This document shows positions 21,420-31,436 of a DNA stretch of 64,000 bases, piece after piece. A program made the translations under genes and the position numbers. Under the pieces are notes generated by a model. That model was not told where the DNA came from, did not search any database, and saw nothing but the letters and a program-made list of their open reading frames with translations. This DNA is from a virus. Taxonomy: Duplodnaviria; Heunggongvirae; Uroviricota; Caudoviricetes. The stretch lies in the IMG/VR virus record IMGVR_UViG_3300036670_000258, positions 33,412-97,411 of that record. The stretch is one strand, 5' to 3'. Numbering within the stretch: position 1 is the stretch's first letter; every line of letters begins with the position of its first letter.

Positions 21420-23351
21420 TTATCTTATAATTTCAAGTTCAAACGTCTTGTTTATTTCATCAACACATATTAGTTCAATGTATGGTGATATGCTTAATAG
21501 ATTAGATGTACCTATTACTGCCTTTAATTTCCATCCATCATTCCGGTCTGTGTAGAAATTTATTTTATTATTTCCTATATTTAATAATGCATCTTTAAAT
21601 GAAATTTTAATGGTTTGTCCCTTTTTCCATTGATTAATGCTATCATCCAAATATATATTTAAATCTCCAGAGGGTATACCACCATCAGTGTGAATTCTCA
21701 ATAAGTTATCAAATGGTCTAATTCTAGTAATTATTCCATTAGCAGCTGCCAATGTCATATTAAACTTATTTGTTAAGTTGATTATGGTTCCTGTTGTCAT
21801 TGAAATAAAATCAAATTCAAATAAATCGTTTAGATTATATCCATTATTATTATTTACTATTTTTATTTTAGATGGATTAGTTTTATCAATTAAAATTCCA
21901 TTTCCAGGGGATAGTACATCCGTATTATATTGAATCTCACTTGGGATTACACCACTAATTACTTGATTTAATCTATTATTAATAGAAGATATCATGTCGA
22001 CAATAGAGCTTGAATTTGAATAGTTTAATATTGCATTTTCGAGCATAATTTCTATTTCATTAAGTCTAGATTTAACGCCATTTGATTCATTTGTTGTTAA
22101 TAAAAGATCTTCAACTGCAACGAGTCTATCAAAAATAGATGTAAATCTACTGTTAGCTTCTATCATTAATTTAGCAGCATTTTCCAAGGCAGTCGTCGTG
22201 TCTAGAAAAATGTCCATCGAAAACGTAGTGTAATCGTTTATATTAGATTCAACACCTACATTATCAAGTGAAGAGTTAAATTTAACATTTAACTTTAATG
22301 CAAATGCATTACCATTTAATCCTGTAACTTCATTTGGCTTATACTTAGTTAATTCAGGTATATATGATCCAGTCGAAGCTGCATCATTTTTAAAATTATC
22401 AAGTATTATAACACCATACAGATTCGTAGATCTATTAACACTATTTGACTTTGAATATAAATCATAATAAACAAGTATTGCATTAAACCTAAAGTCTCCA
22501 CCTCTCTTAGAATAATCTAATAAATTATTTAATAAAGGATCATTTATTATTCTAGCGTACGATGAAGCATCAAAATCTATTCCATAATTATATGAGTCAA
22601 CCGGATTAAGGCTAATTGCACCATCAGATTTCCTGTCACCTAATGATCCTAATGTTAAATTTGCGTCAGGATGGGTTTGACCCTGTCTACCATTAATAAA
22701 ATCAGTAGGCAAATATGATGTTGCTGTTGTATTATAATTAGATGACTTAAATAAAACATCAGGTGTAAATCCAACCGAAGATGGAACGTTTATGAATATT
22801 TCATTGTAAGTGTTTCCTTGATAGTTCTTATCATTGGAAACATCAATATTTCCAATATATTTTACTAATCTATTATAATTACTTCCTGTTTCTGCAATTT
22901 CTTCAAGTTCTATTGCTCTAGAAATACCACCAGCAGCGTATTGAGATGACGCATTTTTTAAATCAAGAGCGCCAATGTGATTCATCCATTTAAAAAAGAT
23001 CTTTTCAGAATCCGCTAAAAATAAAGAAGGATCAAAATCATCGTCACTTAATATAAAGTTTTCTAGATTTAATGCATAGTTTTGAAATGTTTCTGCAAAT
23101 TCAATATTAGCATCTCCACTTGGAATATAAGGTGTATCCTGTGCACCTCCTTCAAAAAGATTTTCAAATTGAATATAGTTTTCACTATTACCTGGAGTTG
23201 CAACGGCCGGAATATCTATTAACGCAAATTTAGAATACTCAAAATTAATGTCTGGATTATTATATGCTCTTGTCAAATCTCTAGCAGCACTTGAAAACGC
23301 ATACATGGTTCCTCCTTGTTCTTGTGGTATTCTTATTAATGGTGTAGCCAT
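21420..23351 (-). CDS. putative virion structural protein
   Basis: 643-aa ORF with C-terminal coiled coil, tightly packed in the structural operon. Confidence 0.5.
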   Translation of the reverse strand: MATPLIRIPQEQGGTMYAFSSAARDLTRAYNNPDINFEYSKFALIDIPAVATPGNSENYIQFENLFEGGAQDTPYIPSGDANIEFAETFQNYALNLENFILSDDDFDPSLFLADSEKIFFKWMNHIGALDLKNASSQYAAGGISRAIELEEIAETGSNYNRLVKYIGNIDVSNDKNYQGNTYNEIFINVPSSVGFTPDVLFKSSNYNTTATSYLPTDFINGRQGQTHPDANLTLGSLGDRKSDGAISLNPVDSYNYGIDFDASSYARIINDPLLNNLLDYSKRGGDFRFNAILVYYDLYSKSNSVNRSTNLYGVIILDNFKNDAASTGSYIPELTKYKPNEVTGLNGNAFALKLNVKFNSSLDNVGVESNINDYTTFSMDIFLDTTTALENAAKLMIEANSRFTSIFDRLVAVEDLLLTTNESNGVKSRLNEIEIMLENAILNYSNSSSIVDMISSINNRLNQVISGVIPSEIQYNTDVLSPGNGILIDKTNPSKIKIVNNNNGYNLNDLFEFDFISMTTGTIINLTNKFNMTLAAANGIITRIRPFDNLLRIHTDGGIPSGDLNIYLDDSINQWKKGQTIKISFKDALLNIGNNKINFYTDRNDGWKLKAVIGTSNLLSISPYIELICVDEINKTFELEIIR

Positions 23352-23367
23352 TTATGCTTTTTTATTT

Positions 23368-23934
23368 TTATGAATATACTATAGTAGTATTTGATGTATT
23401 TGATACAATATAGAACGCTCCTCCTACCATAGTAAGCGTAATAGAACCTGCGACAGGCACAGTTACTGAAGATACTCCATTTATATTTGTAGTATTAAAT
23501 GTAACTTCTTCTTCATCAACAATAAATGTTAATGTTTGGCCTTCAATTGCATCAGTGAGCAATATAGGATTAGGAAACAATTGACCTCTTAACACATAGG
23601 TTGCACTCTGATATGAATTGGCGGCAGGTAAAGATGATACATCTGCTTCAATATTACATATTAGCGCATTGTTTAATGTAACACTTTCATTTGCTACTAT
23701 TGGTAAATTAGCAACAATATCTGCATTATTTACTAGTAATGTATCGATAGTTCCATTATTAATACGCAATAGTGATGCTGTAATTCTGCCAGAAAGTATA
23801 AGTGTTTGTTGTTCTGTGTTAAATAGAGCAGCAATAGCCGCTAATTCTTCATTTAGCGATGTAAAATTGTTGTTAATTACAAGTCTAGAAGATGAAACAC
23901 TATCGGTTCCCTGTATTAATGTTATATTTGCCAT
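23368..23934 (-). CDS. short fiber-like structural protein
   Basis: N-terminal TD...RLVINNNFTSL motif similar to the fiber N-termini; beta-rich C-terminus. Confidence 0.5.
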   Translation of the reverse strand: MANITLIQGTDSVSSSRLVINNNFTSLNEELAAIAALFNTEQQTLILSGRITASLLRINNGTIDTLLVNNADIVANLPIVANESVTLNNALICNIEADVSSLPAANSYQSATYVLRGQLFPNPILLTDAIEGQTLTFIVDEEEVTFNTTNINGVSSVTVPVAGSITLTMVGGAFYIVSNTSNTTIVYS

Positions 23935-23935
23935 T

Positions 23936-26692
23936 TTATATAATTTTTAATATATTTTTGTTTATTTTGTTTTTATTTCCATTAGAGTCTGTTAATTCTA
24001 GTTCCAAACTATAGTCTCCTTTGTGTTTAAATAAATATGTAAGCCATTGATTATTATAATATATATCATCTACATTTTTGCTATTGTTTTTTAAAGTCCA
24101 TTTTTGCAAAATAATGCCTGGCATTCTTGTATTATCATATGAGAATGTAACATGGTTTAACATATTAACATTTACGTGTGTGTCTATTACATATAAATTA
24201 TTAAAATTAGGATTATAACTTTCAAAGTGAACTTCGGAATTTATAATTATATTACCACCTAATATGTTAGAAAAACCTACTTCCGAATAGTCATGTGTTC
24301 TCGACGGTATTTCTGCGACAATTAACATAAAGTTACATTGGTCTAATGCTCCATTTCCATTACTATCAGTTATAATAGGATTATAATTAAACTTTGAAAA
24401 TAATGGATGTTCATTTGGATCTAAGTTTGAAAGTTCAGTAGCAATATTATTCCATGCCGTTATATCTGATCTATTTATTGGATATGTACTTAGTATTTTA
24501 TATTCGTCTAATACCTCGATATTAGTTAATGTATCTATTTGCTTGATAAAAAATGTATGTCCGTTTGTTTTTTGATTAAGGTTTATTTTAAATGATGAAT
24601 TAATATCGGCTCCAATTCTCATCATTTCCCAATTAATGGTAACTCCATCATTCCAAGTGTGTTCTCTTAATTCTTTCCATTGATAAGGTCCTGCTGTTTC
24701 GCTAAATCCAGTTGGACTACTATTATTGACATATCTACTGACTGTTGAAAATTCGATTCCATCGTCACCATCATGCACATAATTTGCCCTATCTAGTGTT
24801 AAGTAGTACGTTGCAATAATACTATCTAAATCTGCAACGTTTTCCCTAGACCAATTCCAGTCACTTCCTGCTACGTCCCAATTATATTTATATTTGCTCC
24901 AGTCTAATTCAGGAACCATCTTTTGATAAATTCCATATATCTCAACATTTTTATTTTTAACGTTAATAAAATCTTTTTTTCGACATACACTACGGACATT
25001 ATATAGATCATAAAGTGCTAGCTCTACTTGATAGTTTCCCTCATATGGCAATACTATTGGAAATTCCTGATACTCTGGTTTAAAATCATCATTATTATCC
25101 CAATATCCAACAAGACCGCGATATGTTTTTTCATAATTATTTGGACCCTTTACATTCCATTCTATTTCATAAACGCCATGATTCCACCATGTATTCCATG
25201 TCAACATATGATCTCCGGTGTCTTCTGCATCCATATATGAAAAATCAGCAGAATCCCATGATGTCATGAATGAATCTGATTTCAATATAACGGGGCATCC
25301 GATTGGAATTCCACTAAGAGTATTGTAGGTTGACATGTCAGCTGTGTAATATCCATCATAAAATCCTGTAATAGACTCACATATTTCAATTCTGTCGTCA
25401 CTTGACAACATGTTAAGATCTTGATTAATTCCAGTTAATCTGTAATCCACCTTTCTAAGATCTTCTATAAATAATTGACGAGTCTCTGGAAATTTAATAA
25501 ATTCAACGTTTACACCTGCTTGTTGGTATTTAATAAGATGTTGATTATTCCAAACATTTAAATTAAATTGTGAAAAGTAATCCCCTTCCCCTGTAATATC
25601 TACTATTTTTGCATGTAATGGTAAAAAATCACTTTGTAATTTATTTTTTAAGCCATACAATTTAATTAAGACTTCTTCTGGAGAATAATCAAAGGCCTCT
25701 TTAACGGTTGGGATATCCCACTCGTCAATTCCACCATCTACATCATTTAATCGATATACTAAAGAAAATCTGCTTGTCTTTTTTAAATTAGAGCTAGGAA
25801 GTACGATCTCTTTATCTTTATTTGCTAAAAATCCAACGACATCTTGACCTGGAACAGGAACTGCCTTTAATTTACCAAAATTTTCAGACTGATCATTAAT
25901 ATACAACCAATATTCCTTTAAAGTTAACTTATCATAACCGAAAAAATCAATAGCGTTTAATATTGCCTTGTATGTTCCAATAAAGGGTTTGATTTTGCTT
26001 GCTTCTAATAATAATTCCTTTCTTTTTTGATTCATTAGAATCCAATCAGGAGACAATTCATTTATGTTAGAATCCTTAAGTATAATAAATTCACTAGGTG
26101 ATAATGTCATTCCAATATTTGAAAGTAATACACCTAATCTCTCATCTTCTTCTTCTGTTTCTCCGTAAATTCTAATAGTTGCGATTAAAGTCTCAACTCC
26201 ATTATTAATTTCAGTAATATCAAGAAGTCTTGTATGATAATTGTCGATCATACTCATTAACGCAACATTACACTTAATAGGCTCAAACGGTAATGTTGAT
26301 TCTATTATCTTTAATCCTGTTGATTCTTCTATTGAATTACTATTATTCGAATCAAGTAAATTAAATATTTGAAATTCATCTTTTTGAATTTCTAAATCTC
26401 CATTAACATTAGAGGCACTGTACATAAATATATCTTCACTAAATTCATATCCACTAAAGAATTTAAATTTAAAAGTAGAGTTGCCTGCATTCTCGGAAAT
26501 AGGAGTAATATATTTAGTATTTCCTAATATTCCCTTTACCTCTTCAAGTATGTAAATTGTAAGTGTTTCATATAAACCTACAGATACTTTAGGCAAATAG
26601 CAAACACCTTCCCATATATTTGTATCGGAATTATATATAAGGTTTATGTCATTCGATTCACTATCAAAAAATCTTAAATTTTTATATGCCAT
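23936..26692 (-). CDS. putative baseplate protein with PKD-like domains
   Basis: EGNYQVELALYD and GDYSLELELTDSNGN PKD-type strands; upstream of the gp6-like gene. Confidence 0.5.
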   Translation of the reverse strand: MAYKNLRFFDSESNDINLIYNSDTNIWEGVCYLPKVSVGLYETLTIYILEEVKGILGNTKYITPISENAGNSTFKFKFFSGYEFSEDIFMYSASNVNGDLEIQKDEFQIFNLLDSNNSNSIEESTGLKIIESTLPFEPIKCNVALMSMIDNYHTRLLDITEINNGVETLIATIRIYGETEEEDERLGVLLSNIGMTLSPSEFIILKDSNINELSPDWILMNQKRKELLLEASKIKPFIGTYKAILNAIDFFGYDKLTLKEYWLYINDQSENFGKLKAVPVPGQDVVGFLANKDKEIVLPSSNLKKTSRFSLVYRLNDVDGGIDEWDIPTVKEAFDYSPEEVLIKLYGLKNKLQSDFLPLHAKIVDITGEGDYFSQFNLNVWNNQHLIKYQQAGVNVEFIKFPETRQLFIEDLRKVDYRLTGINQDLNMLSSDDRIEICESITGFYDGYYTADMSTYNTLSGIPIGCPVILKSDSFMTSWDSADFSYMDAEDTGDHMLTWNTWWNHGVYEIEWNVKGPNNYEKTYRGLVGYWDNNDDFKPEYQEFPIVLPYEGNYQVELALYDLYNVRSVCRKKDFINVKNKNVEIYGIYQKMVPELDWSKYKYNWDVAGSDWNWSRENVADLDSIIATYYLTLDRANYVHDGDDGIEFSTVSRYVNNSSPTGFSETAGPYQWKELREHTWNDGVTINWEMMRIGADINSSFKINLNQKTNGHTFFIKQIDTLTNIEVLDEYKILSTYPINRSDITAWNNIATELSNLDPNEHPLFSKFNYNPIITDSNGNGALDQCNFMLIVAEIPSRTHDYSEVGFSNILGGNIIINSEVHFESYNPNFNNLYVIDTHVNVNMLNHVTFSYDNTRMPGIILQKWTLKNNSKNVDDIYYNNQWLTYLFKHKGDYSLELELTDSNGNKNKINKNILKII

Positions 26693-26693
26693 T

Positions 26694-26963
26694 TTATTTA
26701 ACTTTTTTATCGTCCTTTTTGATTGTAAAAGATTTATATGCCTTTAAGTATGATACTGAATCAACGAAATCTGCAACAACATGCTGAATCATGATTACAA
26801 AATCATTCATAGTATCGTTTCTTTGAATATACTTTGATAATGAATTAACTAATATGTTATTTCTATAGTCATTTCCTACATGTAATCTTTTGTCCATTAT
26901 CGACAAACGAGAACTGTATCCTTTTACTTTACGTACTTTAAATAAATTACTAAATAAATCCAT
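26694..26963 (-). CDS. hypothetical baseplate-region protein
   Basis: 89-aa ORF translationally coupled on both sides. Confidence 0.6.
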   Translation of the reverse strand: MDLFSNLFKVRKVKGYSSRLSIMDKRLHVGNDYRNNILVNSLSKYIQRNDTMNDFVIMIQHVVADFVDSVSYLKAYKSFTIKKDDKKVK

Positions 26964-28783
26964 TATAATGTTCTTCTATTTTGTGATTGTATTCTAGAAA
27001 AAACCGTGTTTTTAACAGCTGGCTCGTCAAAATAAATAGAAAGTGCTGCCATTTCTCCCATTTTCACATCATCTAATACTACAATTCCATCTCTATCCAT
27101 CCACCCACCTCTAAAAAGTGCAACCTCTTCTTTATCTAATAAGATATCTCCAAATGAATCAAGATTGATTACATTCTCAGGCAATGCTGCACCTTTTTCA
27201 AAGGTAATGTTAGTAGAATTTACTGTTCTTTTAAAGAAAACATATTTTTGTTTTCCGTTTCCAATATCCTCAAGTAATGGAATACTCGGTGTTACTGTAA
27301 TTGTTTCACTAGCATAATATCCAAGTCTTCTTGCATTTTCTTCAGTCTCTGAAACAAATCTAACATTTACTGAATCGATTCCATCAACACCCTCTAGTAA
27401 TGCAATAATATCAGATTTAGGTAATCTATCTCTACGTGTAATATTAATTAAATAATTAGATATTTTTGAACGAATTACATTACTTAAATTTGTCTTATCA
27501 AATCCTTCAAAATATCTAACCTTAATATCCATTCTAAAATATTGAACTTTAGGTTCAACTATTTTAACTTCAGTTGTTAACATCTGTTGCCCGGATTCTT
27601 CGAGAACTCGTAAAATTCCATTTTTTTCATTTTCAGAAAAGAAAAACTCTTCTAAATTTAAATTAAAATAGTCATTATTTTTTGTAAGTTTTCTTAAAAC
27701 ATCAGGTAACATAAATAAATAAATAACATTATCGTCGTCTAAATATCCATCATCTGTTGTGTTGTATGCTTCTAAATACGAGAACATACCATATTTAGAT
27801 AAAAATGCTTCGTAATTCTTTGGAGTTGCTAAAACAAATGAATGACTCTGTAGGGGTGCTATTAACTTGGTAAGTTCAATTGGCTCTGGATCTGCTCCCA
27901 TTACAGGTGCTACTGTGAATGAAGCCTCTAATAATTTATTTAAATCATAAAAATTTCCTAATGAATCAAATCCTTCTGTTTTAAACTTAAAATTAAGATC
28001 GTTAGAACCTGATAAATTACCAATGGAACCGGAAGTAATAATATAGTCAATTCCAATAGTAGCTCCTTCTGTTGGAATATTTCCAAATGATCCATTTCCG
28101 AAATAAATATCTAATCCCCCTGAAATTCCAGTCTTTACAATATATCCTTTAGTACCAACTTTCATATCATATAAAGAATCATACTTAGTCCATAGTTCAC
28201 TATTAACAGTAACTCTTACTGAATCATGATCTGTATTCTTTTTAATAATTATGTTGAATGATTGAAGTTTTTCACCAGTACCTGTTACTTCCTGGCTCTC
28301 TACCTTTCCCTGTATTATTGGTATATAAATATAGTCTGCGTTGTTTTTATCAATTCTAAATTGATCAGCACTTGTTCTTAATACATACTCGAGTCCATTT
28401 TTAGTTGAAGTTATAATCGAGTTAGAAGATATATTAATAGCATCACCTCCTATTTCATTAAACGCACTTGTATTTAATCTTACTTTAATTTCACCAATAG
28501 ATGAAGAACCCCTAAACGCATCATGTCCAGCTAACCTGGCCAAACCATATATAGATTCTTTATGTTGAGCAGTTAATATGTTTTGTTCAACCGTTGCATC
28601 TTCGATATAAAAAAAAATTAGGTTTGAAATCTCAGCTAATACTTGTAATATTTGAGAAAAAGGAGAAGCTGTTGTAAATAGCTCTCCACCTCTTCCATAT
28701 AATCTACTGATATATGTTCGAGTGTCTGCTATCATCTCGGTAGCCTTTATTCTTGTTTTTGATAAAAATTTAAGTTCTTCCAT
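26963..28783 (-). CDS. baseplate wedge protein, gp6/baseplate J-like
   Basis: EQNILTAQ..SIYGLARLAG, IQGK, IYFGNGSFG, GADPE, LATPKNYEAF motifs; next to gp25-like gene. Confidence 0.8.
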   Translation of the reverse strand: MEELKFLSKTRIKATEMIADTRTYISRLYGRGGELFTTASPFSQILQVLAEISNLIFFYIEDATVEQNILTAQHKESIYGLARLAGHDAFRGSSSIGEIKVRLNTSAFNEIGGDAINISSNSIITSTKNGLEYVLRTSADQFRIDKNNADYIYIPIIQGKVESQEVTGTGEKLQSFNIIIKKNTDHDSVRVTVNSELWTKYDSLYDMKVGTKGYIVKTGISGGLDIYFGNGSFGNIPTEGATIGIDYIITSGSIGNLSGSNDLNFKFKTEGFDSLGNFYDLNKLLEASFTVAPVMGADPEPIELTKLIAPLQSHSFVLATPKNYEAFLSKYGMFSYLEAYNTTDDGYLDDDNVIYLFMLPDVLRKLTKNNDYFNLNLEEFFFSENEKNGILRVLEESGQQMLTTEVKIVEPKVQYFRMDIKVRYFEGFDKTNLSNVIRSKISNYLINITRRDRLPKSDIIALLEGVDGIDSVNVRFVSETEENARRLGYYASETITVTPSIPLLEDIGNGKQKYVFFKRTVNSTNITFEKGAALPENVINLDSFGDILLDKEEVALFRGGWMDRDGIVVLDDVKMGEMAALSIYFDEPAVKNTVFSRIQSQNRRTL

Positions 28784-28795
28784 TTTTATTATATT

Positions 28796-29149
28796 TTATA
28801 GTGAAATTTGAATTCCGAAAGTGTTGTCAATCACGATATCAACAAATACCAAATTTCTTTCTGTTTCTGTTGCAAATTCAACATTAACATTAACATTGTA
28901 TTTTGATGCTAGCGGAATATATGTTGATATGCTTTTTTCAATATATCCCTTTAGCATATTATCATTATAACTAAATGAATATACATAGTCTTCGAGATTT
29001 AATCCAAAATCAGCATCACCTAATACATCACCTCTTTTTGTAAAAATAAGATTTTCTATTTGGGTTAACAACATTTGAACCTCTGAGCCTACTTCTAATT
29101 GATTTGTAGTGTAATTAGGGTCCTCGATTGTTTTTATATATATTTCCAT
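28796..29149 (-). CDS. baseplate wedge gp25/GPW-like protein
   Basis: IENLIFTKRGDVLGDADFGLNLEDY signature. Confidence 0.8.
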   Translation of the reverse strand: MEIYIKTIEDPNYTTNQLEVGSEVQMLLTQIENLIFTKRGDVLGDADFGLNLEDYVYSFSYNDNMLKGYIEKSISTYIPLASKYNVNVNVEFATETERNLVFVDIVIDNTFGIQISL

Positions 29150-29165
29150 TATTGTATATATTTGT

Positions 29166-29996
29166 TTAAGAATGCATCATCCAATCGGTTCCTTCGTCAC
29201 TTTTAATCTCTTCAATGATTGCTTCTAATTCCTCTGTACCTAGATCTTTAATTAAATCTGGATTTATTTGAATATTTCCTGGAAGAGCAAATCCAAATAT
29301 TCCTAGCTTTTGACCTAAGGATATTTTAATCTTGGCTGCACAATATCTGAAAAAAGCTTCGTCCTGGAAGAGAGCACATTCTGGAATAGTTTCATATATT
29401 TCTAATATAACATCCCTTCTAGGGGTCTCTCCCATTATTCTAAGTTCATGTGTAAGCTGATTATAATGAAAAGATATTGGATTTTGAATAATCTGTCGAG
29501 CTAAATCAAAAAAACTTTCATTAATAACATATGCTTGTAAATTTTCAGCAGCTGCTCCGGTACCAGATCCACCATACATTCCACCCATTAACATTCTTTC
29601 AACTGCAAAATCGCCTTGTATAAAGTTAACATCAGTAGTACCTCCCCAATTAGAACCTACTTCAAATAAACCATATACTGAATATACTTCATTTCCTCCA
29701 GTAGTTATATTCATTCCTGGTAAAAGAAAACTTCTTGTCTTTTTAAAATGCTCACTTTTAAATAATGCGTATGGCAATACCATAAAGCCTTCCCTAACAG
29801 AGTATTCATAATTCTTGTAGAACCATTTCTTTGCACGTTTTACTATATTTTGAACTTCTTTTTTTGGAAGATTCATAGGAATCATACATGAACCTGTAAC
29901 CTCATCTGCCAATTCATCTACAAAGTTATTAAAACATGCAGTATCCCATTCCGGATTTTGTAGTGAATCATCATTTCCTACTATCGTTTCGCTCAT
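29166..29996 (-). CDS. neck/head-completion protein, gp13-like
   Basis: C-terminal YCAAKIK..LG..LG.F..ALPGNIQIN...IK..G.EEL pattern. Confidence 0.65.
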   Translation of the reverse strand: MSETIVGNDDSLQNPEWDTACFNNFVDELADEVTGSCMIPMNLPKKEVQNIVKRAKKWFYKNYEYSVREGFMVLPYALFKSEHFKKTRSFLLPGMNITTGGNEVYSVYGLFEVGSNWGGTTDVNFIQGDFAVERMLMGGMYGGSGTGAAAENLQAYVINESFFDLARQIIQNPISFHYNQLTHELRIMGETPRRDVILEIYETIPECALFQDEAFFRYCAAKIKISLGQKLGIFGFALPGNIQINPDLIKDLGTEELEAIIEEIKSDEGTDWMMHS

Positions 29997-30013
29997 AATG
30001 TTTATTTATTTTT

Positions 30014-31306
30014 TTATATTGTTTTTGATTTAATAATTTCAACATCATTAAATTTTGCTAGTTTTTTATCGTAGGTTCCTTCTCTGAATATTCCTCCATT
30101 CATTGTTCCTTTAAATGTTCCTTTACCATACACATAACAATCCTTAGCGACACATGACCCATGAACATATGATCCGTCAATTTTAGAATCATTAATCTGA
30201 GTACCTGAATAAAAATTGCAATAATGGATATCCGACCCATTTACATCAGAACCATATATATCACATTCTGTAAATTCTCCTCTAAGAAAACAATTAACAA
30301 ATTCATAGTTTCTAATATCTACACAATATTCGAGTCTTCCGTTTGCAATTTGAATTCTTCCACTATCTGAATCATAATTAATATGTCCCTTTGATAGGTC
30401 ACCGTGTGTAAATAATCGCATTACTCTGTCCTTTACAACAGGCCAATATATATCTACTATTTTTGGATTTTCGTTTAAATCAACTGTAAATTTAACATCT
30501 TTCCAGTTTTCCTTAATGGTTTTCCAATCCTTTCTAGCATCAATAATCCTTTGATTACTAGCAACTATACGCCTAAGCTCTAATGCATTTAAATTACTAA
30601 ATTCATTATTTTCAGTAGACTTCCAAACTTGTAATAGAAAACGGTCTACTAAATATAGAATAGTTGTAGTTTTCTTTTGCCAGTCAGCACCTCCAACATA
30701 TCTAAATTCAAGATAGTTTTTGTGTCTTTTGTCAAAATTGATTCCATAATATTTAGTATCTGGAAATATAAAGTTATGTGAATTAATATGGTGTCCATCA
30801 AAGAAGTAAGTATCTTCCTTTGGTAAAACAAATTTTATTGATTTAGCGTATGCTGAATTTTCTCTTTTAGGAAAGAACTTAAAGACCTGATCTTCATTAA
30901 AATCTAAAATAAATTTAAGAACATTCATTTTAGAAATCCTATACTTGTTATCTATTTTTGATTTATCAAATGATAAATTTAAGTGAATAGATGTTCTGTC
31001 ATTTGTATATCCATTTTCATCAATCCAAGCGCACATGTTAATTATCATTAAACGTGCTGCATAATAAGGAAGTGCACCGGTTACTAATTCAAGAAGTTTT
31101 GCTCCACCTGACATGTCAGGTTCTATTTTAAATACATCCTGTGTTACTTCAAACGCACTGTGCGCCTTTATTTCAACATGAATTTTTTTGCCTAAAAGAA
31201 CTTCTATTTTTTTAGCTGTTTCTTCGGCACTAAAATTTGAATAGAATTCAAATTCAACACCAACTAGGGCATTTTTCAAGATATTGGAATCATCGATATT
31301 ATTCAT
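30014..31306 (-). CDS. amidoligase-family (COOH-NH2 ligase fold) protein with C-terminal beta-helix-like repeats
   Basis: GVEFEF, IEPD, ELVTG, TSIHLNLS, KYYGINF, LEFRYVGG; then short GxF/CxxY repeats. Confidence 0.7.
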   Translation of the reverse strand: MNNIDDSNILKNALVGVEFEFYSNFSAEETAKKIEVLLGKKIHVEIKAHSAFEVTQDVFKIEPDMSGGAKLLELVTGALPYYAARLMIINMCAWIDENGYTNDRTSIHLNLSFDKSKIDNKYRISKMNVLKFILDFNEDQVFKFFPKRENSAYAKSIKFVLPKEDTYFFDGHHINSHNFIFPDTKYYGINFDKRHKNYLEFRYVGGADWQKKTTTILYLVDRFLLQVWKSTENNEFSNLNALELRRIVASNQRIIDARKDWKTIKENWKDVKFTVDLNENPKIVDIYWPVVKDRVMRLFTHGDLSKGHINYDSDSGRIQIANGRLEYCVDIRNYEFVNCFLRGEFTECDIYGSDVNGSDIHYCNFYSGTQINDSKIDGSYVHGSCVAKDCYVYGKGTFKGTMNGGIFREGTYDKKLAKFNDVEIIKSKTI

Positions 31307-31388
31307 TTACTATTAATATATTACTTATGTTAGTTATATATCTTTAATAAATAAATTGATGTCAGATACTCTACATCATATAAACAAA

Positions 31389-31414
31389 AAACTCCATATT
31401 TAAATATGGAGTTT
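31389..31414 (-). terminator. 26-bp perfect palindrome downstream of the S1-like gene
   Basis: AAACTCCATATTT/AAATATGGAGTTT with minus-strand T-run. Confidence 0.75.
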
Positions 31415-31436
31415 AATGGTGTATATATATATTTGT

